A stretch of DNA of 64,000 bases from an uncultured Gammaproteobacteria bacterium (GCA_963981015.1 CAXCCG010000003.1:578-64577), one strand, 5' to 3'. Shown: positions 11,014 through 21,777, counted from the first letter of the stretch. Notes: generated from the sequence alone by a model not told the origin. Program-made: numbers and translations.

Positions 11014-11408
11014 TTTTTATACATCTCAGCCGGATCTTTCAGTACTGGTGCCGTAGTCTCCCACTGCTGCTCGCTATTCAATTGACGATAAAAACAGCTA
11101 TGACGTCCAGTATGACATGCGACCCCGCCCCGTTGCTCTACCGTTAGCAGCACCACATCTTCATCACAGTCTACGCGGATCGACCGGACCACTTGCTGAT
11201 TTCCAGACTCCTCCCCTTTGTGCCAGAGCCGTTTGCGTGAACGTGACCAGTAAACGGCGTGACCACTCTCTTGAGTGAGTTGTAGCGCCTCTCGATTCAT
11301 CCAGGCAAACATCAGGATATCTCCACTCTCTGCCTCTTGTGCAATCACCGGTACCAGGCCATTACCATCCCAGCGCACCTCACCCAGCCACAGCTGTTCA
11401 CCACTCAT
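11010..11408 (-). CDS. hisI: phosphoribosyl-AMP cyclohydrolase
   Basis: HisI core with conserved Cys/His ([11 protein letters not shown]...CHTGRHSCF). Confidence 0.9.
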   Translation of the reverse strand: MSGEQLWLGEVRWDGNGLVPVIAQEAESGDILMFAWMNREALQLTQESGHAVYWSRSRKRLWHKGEESGNQQVVRSIRVDCDEDVVLLTVEQRGGVACHTGRHSCFYRQLNSEQQWETTAPVLKDPAEMYKK

Positions 11409-12178
11409 AAACGAACCTCGATCCCCTGTTGGGCCATAAAGGCCTTGGCCTCACCCACGGTATACTCTGCAAAATGGAAGATACTGGCGGCAAGCACTGC
11501 GTCAGCCCCCCCTTTGAGGACTCCATCCGCAAGATGTTGAAGGTTTCCAACACCACCCGAGGCGATCAACGGTACTGAAACCGCTTCACTCACCGCCTTG
11601 TTAAGCGGTAGATTAAACCCTTGCTTGGTACCATCACGATCCATGCTGGTCAGCAGAATCTCACCCGCACCGTACTCCACCATCTTCTGTGACCACTCTA
11701 TAGCGTCAATTCCAGTCGCCTTGCGCCCGCCATGGGTGAAAATCTCCCATTTAAGTGGCTCTCCATCGGCAGAGACCCTTTTTGCATCCACTGCAACCAC
11801 AATGCACTGTGAACCAAAACGATTAGAGGCCTCTCTCACAAACTCGGGGTTAAACACAGCGGCTGTATTAATCGCCACTTTATCTGCACCCGCATTGAGC
11901 ATACGCCGTACATCAGCTACCTCGCGGATCCCTCCTCCCACGGTAAGCGGGATAAAGACCTGACCTGCCACCTCCTCGACTACATGGACAATGGTGTCGC
12001 GCCCTTCGTGGCTGGCCGTAATATCAAGAAAGGTGATCTCATCAGCCCCTTCCTCATCATAACGACGCGCCACCTCGACCGGATCACCCGCATCGCGGAT
12101 ATCGACAAACTGCACTCCTTTAACCACTCGCCCTTGATCTACATCCAGACAGGGAATAATACGTTTCGCAAGACTCAT
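11405..12178 (-). CDS. hisF: imidazole glycerol phosphate synthase cyclase subunit
   Basis: [24 protein letters not shown] HisF N-terminus, 257 aa. Confidence 0.95.
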   Translation of the reverse strand: MSLAKRIIPCLDVDQGRVVKGVQFVDIRDAGDPVEVARRYDEEGADEITFLDITASHEGRDTIVHVVEEVAGQVFIPLTVGGGIREVADVRRMLNAGADKVAINTAAVFNPEFVREASNRFGSQCIVVAVDAKRVSADGEPLKWEIFTHGGRKATGIDAIEWSQKMVEYGAGEILLTSMDRDGTKQGFNLPLNKAVSEAVSVPLIASGGVGNLQHLADGVLKGGADAVLAASIFHFAEYTVGEAKAFMAQQGIEVRL

Positions 12179-12187
12179 TGTTTGATC

Positions 12188-12940
12188 CTACTGTTGGTTA
12201 TCGGAGTAGGACTGCGCTTCAGCAAAATCGAGAGTCCCCTCATAGATAGCACGCCCTGTAATCGCCCCCATAATGCCGTGGTCAGCTACGGCGCAGAGTC
12301 CCTCAATATCCCCCATGTTGGTGATACCACCCGAGGCAATAATGGGGATATTGACTGCATCAGCCAGATTGCGAGTGGCCTCTACGTTAACACCCTGCAT
12401 CATGCCATCACGACTGATGTCCGTGTAGACGATGGCTGAGACGCCATCCGCTTCAAACGATTTGGCCACATCGGTTGCATTCTGATTTGAGACCTCAGCC
12501 CAGCCCTTGATCGCTACCATGCCGTCTTTGGCATCGATTCCGACAATCACATGGCCCGCAAACTCTCTACAGAGTGCGCGGATAAAGTCCGGCTCTGTGA
12601 TCGCCTTGGTGCCAATAATGACATACTGCACACCGGCATCAATATAGGTCTGTACGGTCTCACGGGTACGAATTCCACCACCAATCTGAATCGGCAGGTC
12701 CGGATAAGCGGCTGCAATGGCGTGAACCACATCCGCATTCTTCGGTTCGCCATCAAAGGCTCCATTGAGATCAACCAGATGGAGACGCCGTGCACCCTGT
12801 TCTACCCACTGTGCTGCCATCGACACCGGGTCATCCGAAAAGACCGTTTCATCTTCCATAATGCCCTGACGAAGGCGAACACACTTCCCATCTTTCAGAT
12901 CAATGGCGGGGATAATTAACATAGATAGGTTCTCACGCAA
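12188..12940 (-). CDS. hisA: ProFAR isomerase
   Basis: [16 protein letters not shown] HisA N-terminus, 250 aa. Confidence 0.9.
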   Translation of the reverse strand: MRENLSMLIIPAIDLKDGKCVRLRQGIMEDETVFSDDPVSMAAQWVEQGARRLHLVDLNGAFDGEPKNADVVHAIAAAYPDLPIQIGGGIRTRETVQTYIDAGVQYVIIGTKAITEPDFIRALCREFAGHVIVGIDAKDGMVAIKGWAEVSNQNATDVAKSFEADGVSAIVYTDISRDGMMQGVNVEATRNLADAVNIPIIASGGITNMGDIEGLCAVADHGIMGAITGRAIYEGTLDFAEAQSYSDNQQ

Positions 12941-12985
12941 AAACGCCGAGGCGCAAAAAGTTAAAGAGAGACCAATGGAACATGG

Positions 12986-13633
12986 TTACTTACCATTCCA
13001 CTGGGTAAAATTTTGCAGCAGCTGTAACCCTGCATGTTGACTTTTCTCTGGGTGAAACTGAGTGGCAAAGATGTTGTCGCGCTGCAGCGCACAGGCAAAC
13101 TCAAAACCGTAACAGCTGGTTGCTGCGACTTCGTCATCACTATCAGGAACCACGTAGTAGCTATGGACAAAATAGAAGCGGCTCTGATCTTCAATTTGAG
13201 ACCACATTGGGTGGTCGGACTGCTTTACCTGATTCCAACCCATATGAGGGATCTTTAACCGCGCCTGAGTCTCACTCTCCGGATCAATCAGTGGCTTTGG
13301 AAACCGCTTTACCTCCCCCGGTAAAATCGATAACCCCTCTGTTCCCTCATTCTCTTCACTGTAGTCAAGCAGCAGTTGCATTCCCAGACAGACCCCCAAA
13401 AAAGGGCGATCAAGCGCTACTTCTTTAATGATCTCAACCAGAGATCGATTCCGCAGTTCCAGCATACAGTCACGCATCGCCCCCACACCGGGAAAGACAA
13501 TCCGCTCCGCACTACGAATCACCGACACATCATCGGTCACCACAACATTGAGATCCGGGGCAACATGTTCCAGCGCCTTGGAGACAGAGCGCAGGTTTCC
13601 CATGCCATAATCAATCACCGCAATGGTCGACAT
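12986..13633 (-). CDS. hisH: imidazole glycerol phosphate synthase glutaminase subunit
   Basis: IAVIDYGMGNLRSV... class-I GATase with GVCLGMQ. Confidence 0.9.
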   Translation of the reverse strand: MSTIAVIDYGMGNLRSVSKALEHVAPDLNVVVTDDVSVIRSAERIVFPGVGAMRDCMLELRNRSLVEIIKEVALDRPFLGVCLGMQLLLDYSEENEGTEGLSILPGEVKRFPKPLIDPESETQARLKIPHMGWNQVKQSDHPMWSQIEDQSRFYFVHSYYVVPDSDDEVAATSCYGFEFACALQRDNIFATQFHPEKSQHAGLQLLQNFTQWNGK

Positions 13634-14226
13634 CAGAGTGCGCCCTTGGTGGTGGGTAGTTGACTACCCATCCGCTGATCCGCCGTCAGTGCCATACGCA
13701 AGGCACGTCCAAAAGCCTTGAAAATGGTCTCAGCAATATGGTGACTGTTTCTCCCACGAAGGGCATCAATATGGAGCGTCGCCCCAACATGGTTGGTAAA
13801 CCCCTGGAAAAACTCAAAGAAGAGTTCTGTCTCAAAATTCCCTATGGTTCCCGCAGGAAAGTCCACATGGAACTCAAGACCAGGGCGACCGGAAAAGTCG
13901 ATAACAACCCGTGACAATGCTTCATCCAGTGGCACATAGGCATGGCCATAACGCGCAATACCACGCTTATCCGATAGTGCCTGCGCAACTGCCTGACCTA
14001 TAGCGATACCGATATCTTCAACCGTGTGGTGCCCATCAATATGGAGGTCACCTTTAGCAGAAACCTTAAGATCAATCAGCCCATGACGCGCCACCTGATC
14101 CAGCATATGTTCCAGAAACGGTACACCGGTATTGAGATCAGAAGATCCATTGCCATCCAGATCTACCGAGACCTGAATCTGAGTCTCCAAAGTATTTCGC
14201 TCAATGGTTGCGGTACGATTTGTCAT
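13633..14226 (-). CDS. hisB: imidazoleglycerol-phosphate dehydratase
   Basis: [26 protein letters not shown] signature, 197 aa (monofunctional). Confidence 0.9.
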   Translation of the reverse strand: MTNRTATIERNTLETQIQVSVDLDGNGSSDLNTGVPFLEHMLDQVARHGLIDLKVSAKGDLHIDGHHTVEDIGIAIGQAVAQALSDKRGIARYGHAYVPLDEALSRVVIDFSGRPGLEFHVDFPAGTIGNFETELFFEFFQGFTNHVGATLHIDALRGRNSHHIAETIFKAFGRALRMALTADQRMGSQLPTTKGAL

Positions 14227-14326
14227 CAGCAGCTCGATTTCTCTTCTAAATAATTACGGTTTTCAATTGGTAGAATACCTTGTTACGGCTCCAGTTTGAA
14301 TACTTGAGTAGTCAATGCTATAAAAA

Positions 14327-14340
14327 TTGATTAAGATCAG
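14327..14340. promoter_or_regulatory. FNR/CRP-type box TTGAT-TAAG-ATCAG upstream of the fnr-like gene
   Basis: 9/10 match to TTGAT-N4-ATCAA, ~200 bp upstream of the Fnr-like regulator start. Confidence 0.3.
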
Positions 14341-14538
14341 TAGCAGGAGAGGGTTCAAACCATATTTAGGGCATCCCTAATAGATAGTATTTTTCTTATG
14401 AGATTCAGACTACAGTGCTCAAGGCAGCGCCGTGTAGAAACAAATATATAAAGTTTTGAGTCTGGAGCTAATGCCAAATCATTGAGAGAAGTACACTATT
14501 TTAGAGACGCTCTTTAAAGGAAAAAACAGGTTGTTTCA

Positions 14539-15234
14539 ATGACACAACAAAAACTGACAGCAGTAGACTGCCCACAATGTGAACTGAGCGATGTATGCCG
14601 CCACCATGGTGAGGATGTGGCAAGCGCGACATTGGGAGAACAGACCCCGAAAAATAGTCTTCCCAAAGGGGAGTTTGTCTGCATTGAGGGGGAACCCTTT
14701 GAAAATCTTTACGCCATTCACCAAGGGGCTTTCAAAAGCGTTGTTTCGCTCTCTTCTGATGAAAATCGAGTAACCGGATTTTATTTCGCTGGTGAAATTA
14801 TTGGATCAGAGGCAGTCTGTGCCAATGAATATGGGCGTTCTGTTGTTGCGCTACAAGACAGTGAAGTCTGCATCATCGAAAAAAGTGCCTTTTCAATCGA
14901 TGGCGACGATCAGCAGGTGATCCGTCAGGGTTTGCTGGTTGCCATGAGCCATCAGGTGAGAAATGAGCAGTGGACAGGACTAATGGCAGCTCACCGTGCA
15001 GAATCTCGCGTTGCCCTATTTCTCTTTATGGTCTCTAAGCGACTTGAGTTTCATGGCTTTCCCACCAATGAATTTAGACTACCCATGTCCAGAGAGGATA
15101 TTGCCAGTTATCTCGGCCTTGCTGTTGAGACTGTTAGCCGCTCCTTTCAAAAACTGAAAAATGCGGGGCTGATTCAGGTCAGTGGCCGCAATGTAACCTT
15201 GGTAAGCCGATCGGCTCTGCAAGAATTTGAGTAG
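14539..15234 (+). CDS. Fnr-type Crp/Fnr family transcriptional regulator (N-terminal Cys cluster)
   Basis: N-terminal C-x2-C-x5-C (CPQCELSDVC) as in FNR, cNMP-binding fold, C-terminal HTH ...VSRSFQKLKNAGLI... Confidence 0.8.
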   Translation: MTQQKLTAVDCPQCELSDVCRHHGEDVASATLGEQTPKNSLPKGEFVCIEGEPFENLYAIHQGAFKSVVSLSSDENRVTGFYFAGEIIGSEAVCANEYGRSVVALQDSEVCIIEKSAFSIDGDDQQVIRQGLLVAMSHQVRNEQWTGLMAAHRAESRVALFLFMVSKRLEFHGFPTNEFRLPMSREDIASYLGLAVETVSRSFQKLKNAGLIQVSGRNVTLVSRSALQEFE

Positions 15235-15280
15235 TTGCCCTCAGCTATTTTTCCTTTAGGTCTAACTACAGCTTTGACGA

Positions 15281-15718
15281 TCAGACCTGCAATATAAAGG
15301 TTGCCGGCCCTTCGTTCACCAGAGAGACCCGCATATCCGCACCAAACTCACCCTGCCCAACCTCGGCATGTGCGGTGTGGGCATGTGCTACCAATAAATT
15401 ATAGAGCCGCTCCCCCTCTGCAGGAGATGCTGCTGTAGAAAATCCGGGGCGTAACCCCTTTCGGGTATCGGCTGCCAGGGTAAATTGTGGCACCAGCAGC
15501 AGCCCCCCCTCAATCTGCTTCAAAGAGTGGTTCATCTGCCCACCCTCATCCTCAAAGACCCGATAATTCAAAATTTTGTGCAGGAGTTTATCAACGCTGG
15601 AATCTATATCTTGTGGCTCAATACCCACCAACACCAACAGTCCTGCACCAATCTTTCCTATCCCCTTGCCCGCTACAGAGACCTCAGCTTGTGAGACACG
15701 TTGCAGTAAGCCGATCAC
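15281..15718 (-). CDS. dtd: D-aminoacyl-tRNA deacylase
   Basis: MIGLLQRVSQAEVSV...GAGLLVLVG...SQFTLAAD...SLVNEGPATF, 145 aa. Confidence 0.9.
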   Translation of the reverse strand: MIGLLQRVSQAEVSVAGKGIGKIGAGLLVLVGIEPQDIDSSVDKLLHKILNYRVFEDEGGQMNHSLKQIEGGLLLVPQFTLAADTRKGLRPGFSTAASPAEGERLYNLLVAHAHTAHAEVGQGEFGADMRVSLVNEGPATFILQV

Positions 15719-16263
15719 CGGGCAAATGGAAACATCAACTTCTCCGGCTCGGTAAACAGATTAATATCATACGCCATGCGCCCCATATTCTGGTCCATCC
15801 TCGCCATCGCACCACTCATCATGTTGATGTCCTGACTCATACCGGTGATAGAACTGGACATATCACCAATATTGACGGTCATTCCATCAATACGTCCCGC
15901 CATGGTCGCGATATTGAGGTTTAACTGATGCATATCCTGACTCATTCCCCCCATATTGGCAGACATCGACTGCATCCCAATACGAACTTTTCTGAAATCC
16001 TCAGACATCACCGCCTGCCCCTGCTCCATGCTCACGGCCATTGTGGACATCCGGGTACGCATATCCCGCATATCCTGAGACATGCTGGTGACATCCTTAC
16101 CCATCTGTACTACAGCGCTGGTCATCTGGTGCATGTTGACCCCCATGCTGAACATGAAGAGCCCCATTCCTCCACCAGCCACTATGGCTGCTAACAGAAG
16201 TGGTTTGCTTACACTACTCTTCTCCGGAGAAGTACCGGAGGATTCTGATTTAATTGGATCCAT
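15715..16263 (-). CDS. membrane-anchored methionine-rich repeat protein (unknown function)
   Basis: one N-terminal TM helix then ~130 aa with ~19% Met arranged in ~11-residue repeats (GMSQDM.., MTVNIGDMSSS, ITGMSQDINMM, SGAMARMDQNM); 4-bp overlap with dtd start. Confidence 0.55.
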   Translation of the reverse strand: MDPIKSESSGTSPEKSSVSKPLLLAAIVAGGGMGLFMFSMGVNMHQMTSAVVQMGKDVTSMSQDMRDMRTRMSTMAVSMEQGQAVMSEDFRKVRIGMQSMSANMGGMSQDMHQLNLNIATMAGRIDGMTVNIGDMSSSITGMSQDINMMSGAMARMDQNMGRMAYDINLFTEPEKLMFPFAR

Positions 16264-16272
16264 GATGCTATT

Positions 16273-16722
16273 CTAACACTGCTCCCACGGTAATTGACGA
16301 TATCTCCATCCACCCACGCTACTTCGTTGGTGTTTTTCGTTGAGCTCCCCCTCGAACCCCTCATCAATATTATAAATTTCAGTAAACCCATCTTCAACCA
16401 GCCGCTTGCCCGCTTCCAGAGAACGCTTACCACTACGGCAGATCAGAATCACCGGTGCGCTGTTAAAGGTGGAGCCCTCATGAACTCCACCCAGTAACAA
16501 TTTGCGAATATCGGTCGTGAATTCCGGGTTGATCTCCCAATCCGGCTCATCAATCCATGGAATATGGACCGCCCCCACGGGGTGCCCGACAAAAAGAAAT
16601 TCCATGCTGGAACGTACATCAACCAGCAGAATACGTGGATTATCCTGTACCATCTGCCATGCTTCGGCTGGTGTGACTGATTTGATCTCATTTGAAGTCA
16701 TTGTCTCCCCCTTGAACGGCAA
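16273..16722 (-). CDS. single-domain rhodanese sulfurtransferase
   Basis: rhodanese fold with active-site loop CRSGKRS. Confidence 0.8.
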   Translation of the reverse strand: MPFKGETMTSNEIKSVTPAEAWQMVQDNPRILLVDVRSSMEFLFVGHPVGAVHIPWIDEPDWEINPEFTTDIRKLLLGGVHEGSTFNSAPVILICRSGKRSLEAGKRLVEDGFTEIYNIDEGFEGELNEKHQRSSVGGWRYRQLPWEQC

Positions 16723-16784
16723 GCGCCGTATATTTTGATCAGATGCCTAATATTAATTGAGTTTTCTCAAAGAGTAAAAAAAGC

Positions 16785-17525
16785 GTGCAAAACCGACTCC
16801 ATCATAAACCTCCAAAATCACTATTGCGTCAAGTAGGTCGAGCCATTGCTGACCATGAGATGATCCATGAAGGGGACCGACTGATGCTCGGTCTCTCAGG
16901 CGGAAAAGATTCTCTCTCACTACTACACATCCTGCTTCATCTACAGCGTCATGCTCCCATCCACTTTGAGATTGCTGCGATCACGGTTGATCCACAGATG
17001 GAGACCTTTAAACCGGCTGTGCTGCGGGAATATATGGCTTCACTGGGGGTCACCTGGTTTATGGTGGAGCAACCCATTATGGCACAGGCTGAAAATCATA
17101 TGAAAGGGGACTCTTACTGCTCCTGGTGTGCGCGAATGAAACGGGGGGTGATGTACACCACCCTGCGCAGAGAGGGTTACAACGTTTTGGCGCTGGCGCA
17201 ACATCTGGATGATCTGGCTGAGAGCTTTCTGATGTCAGCCTTTCATGAGGGGCGGCTCAACACCATGAAGGCCCACTACACCATTGCAGCAGAAGACCTT
17301 CGGGTGATACGACCTCTGGTCTATGCACGGGAGCGCCAACTGGCTGACTTTGCGGTTGAAGCAGACCTGCCCGTTGTGGCTGAGAACTGCCCAGCCTGCT
17401 ATACCAAACCGACGCAACGCGCACACATGAAGGCACTACTGGCCCAAGAGGAACAGACCACTCCTCACCTATTCAAAACGCTGCTTTCAACCATGAAACC
17501 ACTGCTGGAACGAAACTCAGCCTGA
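16785..17525 (+). CDS. ttcA: tRNA 2-thiocytidine(32) synthetase
   Basis: PP-loop LGLSGGKDSLSLLHIL and CSWCARM... Cys motifs. Confidence 0.85.
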   Translation: MQNRLHHKPPKSLLRQVGRAIADHEMIHEGDRLMLGLSGGKDSLSLLHILLHLQRHAPIHFEIAAITVDPQMETFKPAVLREYMASLGVTWFMVEQPIMAQAENHMKGDSYCSWCARMKRGVMYTTLRREGYNVLALAQHLDDLAESFLMSAFHEGRLNTMKAHYTIAAEDLRVIRPLVYARERQLADFAVEADLPVVAENCPACYTKPTQRAHMKALLAQEEQTTPHLFKTLLSTMKPLLERNSA

Positions 17526-17550
17526 GAAGCTTAAGGAACCCGTTTGCTGA

Positions 17551-20500
17551 TCACTCTGCAGAATCCTGTATCAGTGCCAACATCTGATCAACCGAGAGCT
17601 TACCGCTCTGATCACTTCCTTCCAGTAGCTGATCAGCAAGGTCACGTTTATGCTGATGGAGATCAACAATTTTCTCTTCAATCGTACCCTTTACCACCAA
17701 CCGGTAGATGGTAACCGGTCGGGTCTGCCCCATCCGATGGGCACGATCAGAGGCTTGATCTTCAACCGCCGGGTTCCACCAGGGGTCCATGTGAATCACA
17801 TAGTCCGCTGCCGTCAGGTTGAGACCTGAGCCACCCGCTTTAAGGCTAATCAGAAACAGCTCCCCCTCCCCCCCCTGGAAGGCATCCACTGCCTGTTTTC
17901 GCTTGCCAACCGGGGTAGAGCCATCGAGATACTGGTAACCAATTCCCCGGTTATCCAGGTATTCACGAATCAGGCTGAGGTGGCTGACAAACTGGCTGAA
18001 GACCAGAGCACGATGACCGTTTTCCAATAGTTCCTCCACCACTTCAGCAAAAACACGATGCTTGGCACTGGTGATGGCAGATTCAGAATCGATCAACCTG
18101 GGGTGACAGCAGGCCTGACGCAAGCGGGTAATCTCCGCCAAAATCTGTAAATGTTGTGGCCCGCCGGATGCACCTTGTCGCAACATATTGATGCGCTCGA
18201 CCGAGCGTTGGCGCAGCGCCTCCATAAATACCGCCTCCTCTTCACGCATCTCCACATGCAGGGTGATTTCGGTACGCGGTGGTAACTCGGAGAGTACATC
18301 ACGTTTCAATCTACGCAGAATAAAGGGGGCAATCAGACTCTTTAACTGCTGTCGCGCATCCTCACTTTTATCCACTTCAATCGGACGTGCGAAGCGTTGA
18401 TTAAAGCGCTCCAGTGAACCCAGCAGCCCCGGATTGATAAAACGGAACAGATTCCATAACTCTCCCAGATGGTTCTCGATAGGGGTACCGGTAGTAACTA
18501 CCCGAAAGTTGCCCTGCAGCCCCATCACCGTTTTTGAGCGTTTGGTCGCTGCATTTTTTATTGCCTGTGCCTCATCAACCACCACCGTCTGCCACTCTAT
18601 CGATTGTAGTAGTTTGGCTTCACGCTGTAACAGACCATAACTACAGATCACCAGATCATAGGGGGCCAGCTGTTCAATTAATACCGTACGCTCCCCGCCG
18701 CTGTACTCACCAAAAATCAGCGGGCGCAAGGTCGGGGCAAAACGGCTGGCCTCCTCACTCCAGTTCATACAGACCGAGGTTGGAGCCAACACCAATGTTG
18801 GCCCTTGTGCACTGCGTGACAGCGCTATACTCAACGCCTGTAGTGTTTTTCCCAGCCCCATGTCATCGGCAAGACAGGCACCTGCACCCCAGTGGGCAAG
18901 ACGCGCCATCCATTGGTAACCCTGGAACTGGTAGTCACGCAGATCGGCCTCTAATGTTTTTGGCAGCTCAGGCTCAAGATGGTATGCCTCTTCGATCTTC
19001 TCCCGTTGCTCCTCCCAACTGTGATTGGCCTGAAACTCCATCCCTTCCAGCGCCTCTTCCATCGCCGATAGGGCCAATGGATGCACCTTTCCCTCTTCCC
19101 CCCCAAAACTTCTCAACATCTCCAGCCGCTTCTGCAGCTCTCGGCTCAGCGCAAGAATTTCACCATCTTCCATCTTCAGAAAGCGTCCATTGGTGTGCTC
19201 CATCATCCCCCAAAGCTCTTTGAGCGCAACCACCTGCGTCTGACTCACCTGCAACGTACCTTCCAGCGCAAACCACTCACGGCTCTCCTGCACCCCAACC
19301 CGCATCTGCCCCAGGTTAATCTCACTCATTCTCGGGATCTTGGCACCACGCGGCCAATCCAACAGTACCTCTTCATCGGAAAGACTACGCAGGTAGAAGA
19401 GCATTTCGAGCGCCTCTTGCGGATCCTCCACCACGCGCTCATCCAGCAGATTATCCTCTTCTACCCCGATAAAGAGTTCCGGTACGATTGACTCGATACC
19501 ATTCACAATCTCCATCGCACGATGCTGCTCCTGCTGCAGGCTGCGGTGTGCCTGTACCTGTTTTCCATCCACCACGCCAAAAACAACACTGCCCCCCTTG
19601 CCGGGATAGAAGCGTGGTCCTGAGGGTCCCAATGGAGCCACCCAAAAACTGAAACGAATTCCATCAGACTCTGGCAAAAGGTGAATATGAGGAATGGTCT
19701 CCCCTTGTAGCTGTTTGACCCCCTCGGCAGCACCTCCAATCGCCGAATGTATGGTCAGTAGTGGAGCAATTGCCGTTATGCTCTCCAGTAGCCGCTGCTT
19801 GGCAGCCATTGGAATGGTGACCCCAGCTTGCCCCAAAATCTGCGCAACCCTCAAGTGTGGCGGTTCAAAACGGGAAATCACCAGACGACGCCCACCCTCC
19901 CAATGAGAACCAATCGAGCCATAACTCCCACTATCCTGCTGTGGAGGATAGGGGGTCAGTTGTACTCTGAGAGACTCTCCCAGCTCAACTTCGACCACCT
20001 CCAGCGCTGGCTCCTGCTGCACCACATCGACAGATATCGCACTCTTGTTGTCCAGCTCTACAGCAGGATGGTTGATCAGCTCCCAGAGAGCCCGTTCCAG
20101 ATTGAGCTCATGAACCAGCTTACGCTGATAACTACTGCCGGAGTAACTCTGTCGTTCACTGATGGTATTACAGATACGATGGTCTTGATCACTCAAATAG
20201 GGATACTGATCGCGCTCTTCATGGAGCTTCTTCAGTGCGATTGAACGACCTCGGCTCCAGCCTCCACTCTTGCCCAGTTTCTGCTCTCTGGGATGGAGCA
20301 GCGGCAATCCGCGCTCCTGCTTTTCAATACGCCACGCCAGCCGTTTGACCTCTTGCTCTTGCGGTGCCACCTCCTGCTGCTGTGCCATACCTGAAATGGC
20401 ATCCAGCACCATCTCCCATCTCTGTTTAGGGCGAATCAGGCTGGCCCAACCCTTCAATTCTGTTGATTGCAGACCACTCTCTGTCTCTTGAATCTGCTGT

Positions 20501-21777
20501 TGTAATTGATCAAACTGTTGACGATAGAGTCCGATGCCCACCTCATCTGCTCGAGCCAGGTACTGCTGTAACGACTCCAACAGCTCCACACTCAAGGTTT
20601 CACCGGTCCAAAAACGGGCAATGGCCTGAATCAACTGATCCCATGCGGAGTGGATACGCCCCCGTTGCAGTAGCGCACACTGCTTGACCTCGATCTCCCC
20701 CATCAATAGCTGCGCAACCTCTTTCATCATTGCCACTGAGAGTGTAAAGGTATCATCCAACAGTGATCCCAGTTCTGACTCCAGCATGTTCGCATGTTGA
20801 TCAGCCAGCACCACCACACGCTGTAGTGATGCAAAATCACCCGCCCTCAGATAGAGCATTTGTAAAAATAGCGGACCCGGCCCATCCACCAGTACCTCTT
20901 GCTCTTGAGTGGGTTCCAGCAGAGTCTGTGCAGTATCATATTCCCCCCGGACCATGGCACACCAGCCACGCAACTGATTGCTGCGGGGATCATCCAGCCC
21001 CTCCAACAGAGCCAGAGCCTCAGCTGCCTCCCCCCGATAGATGCGAAACAGTGCAGCCGTGTGTGCGACCGCAATCTGCTCTCCACTACTGGGTTCAACC
21101 TGGTTAACCCAAAAATCCCATAACAGCGGTGTTCCATCCACCTCCAACAGATCTGTACGGATCGCCCCCACCAAGGCATGGTAGTGGAGCCAATCGGGGA
21201 GTCTTTGCAACCACTGCTGCTGTACCGGAAAATAACAGAAGTTGGTAATCACCTCCTCTTTGTCTGCCGTAAGCAGCCCCTGCCAGGGATCGCTTTGATC
21301 CAGATCCAACCACCTCTTGAGGTACTCCATATCCCCGCGATAGAAGGCAAGGCGCAGTGGACGCATCTCCGGGTCAACACCAGCGGCCCAATAACCGGCA
21401 CTGATCTGGCGGTTGATCACACGGGTCACCTCCTCTACCAAGCCGTCCAATACCAGCTGTCGAGAAAGCAGGTCGACTAAAAATCGACTGCAGCGCAGAC
21501 GCTCTCCATCATCGGTGATCCACTCCTGCTCCTCCCACTTTCTACGCCATTGTGGCAGCATTTTTTTATAACGTGAGGCCAGGGGCGTCTCATCTGTGCT
21601 TTTCCACTGTAGTAGGGCCAGCAGCCGCTCCAGGGTTGCTGAAGGCAGAGGTAAATCTGCCAGTGACAGCACCTGCAACACACGCTGCTCATCTGCTGAA
21701 CAGTCACTCTCAAAGGCGCTGTAATAGCTCTCGAATCCAGGCCAATGTGGCTGGTTATCACTACTGTTTGTATTCAT
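17551..21777 (-). CDS. SNF2-family helicase (DEAD-like N + helicase C in C-terminal third) with ~900-aa N-terminal region of unknown function
   Basis: LADDMGLGKTLQALS (motif I), VVVDEAQAIKN (motif II), helicase C motifs; 1408 aa. Confidence 0.8.
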   Translation of the reverse strand: MNTNSSDNQPHWPGFESYYSAFESDCSADEQRVLQVLSLADLPLPSATLERLLALLQWKSTDETPLASRYKKMLPQWRRKWEEQEWITDDGERLRCSRFLVDLLSRQLVLDGLVEEVTRVINRQISAGYWAAGVDPEMRPLRLAFYRGDMEYLKRWLDLDQSDPWQGLLTADKEEVITNFCYFPVQQQWLQRLPDWLHYHALVGAIRTDLLEVDGTPLLWDFWVNQVEPSSGEQIAVAHTAALFRIYRGEAAEALALLEGLDDPRSNQLRGWCAMVRGEYDTAQTLLEPTQEQEVLVDGPGPLFLQMLYLRAGDFASLQRVVVLADQHANMLESELGSLLDDTFTLSVAMMKEVAQLLMGEIEVKQCALLQRGRIHSAWDQLIQAIARFWTGETLSVELLESLQQYLARADEVGIGLYRQQFDQLQQQIQETESGLQSTELKGWASLIRPKQRWEMVLDAISGMAQQQEVAPQEQEVKRLAWRIEKQERGLPLLHPREQKLGKSGGWSRGRSIALKKLHEERDQYPYLSDQDHRICNTISERQSYSGSSYQRKLVHELNLERALWELINHPAVELDNKSAISVDVVQQEPALEVVEVELGESLRVQLTPYPPQQDSGSYGSIGSHWEGGRRLVISRFEPPHLRVAQILGQAGVTIPMAAKQRLLESITAIAPLLTIHSAIGGAAEGVKQLQGETIPHIHLLPESDGIRFSFWVAPLGPSGPRFYPGKGGSVVFGVVDGKQVQAHRSLQQEQHRAMEIVNGIESIVPELFIGVEEDNLLDERVVEDPQEALEMLFYLRSLSDEEVLLDWPRGAKIPRMSEINLGQMRVGVQESREWFALEGTLQVSQTQVVALKELWGMMEHTNGRFLKMEDGEILALSRELQKRLEMLRSFGGEEGKVHPLALSAMEEALEGMEFQANHSWEEQREKIEEAYHLEPELPKTLEADLRDYQFQGYQWMARLAHWGAGACLADDMGLGKTLQALSIALSRSAQGPTLVLAPTSVCMNWSEEASRFAPTLRPLIFGEYSGGERTVLIEQLAPYDLVICSYGLLQREAKLLQSIEWQTVVVDEAQAIKNAATKRSKTVMGLQGNFRVVTTGTPIENHLGELWNLFRFINPGLLGSLERFNQRFARPIEVDKSEDARQQLKSLIAPFILRRLKRDVLSELPPRTEITLHVEMREEEAVFMEALRQRSVERINMLRQGASGGPQHLQILAEITRLRQACCHPRLIDSESAITSAKHRVFAEVVEELLENGHRALVFSQFVSHLSLIREYLDNRGIGYQYLDGSTPVGKRKQAVDAFQGGEGELFLISLKAGGSGLNLTAADYVIHMDPWWNPAVEDQASDRAHRMGQTRPVTIYRLVVKGTIEEKIVDLHQHKRDLADQLLEGSDQSGKLSVDQMLALIQDSAE

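Noticed and set aside
18534-19223. several 70-230-aa + strand ORFs inside the SNF2 helicase gene
   Set aside because: Antisense frames of a long coding region; Pro/Ser-rich junk translations.
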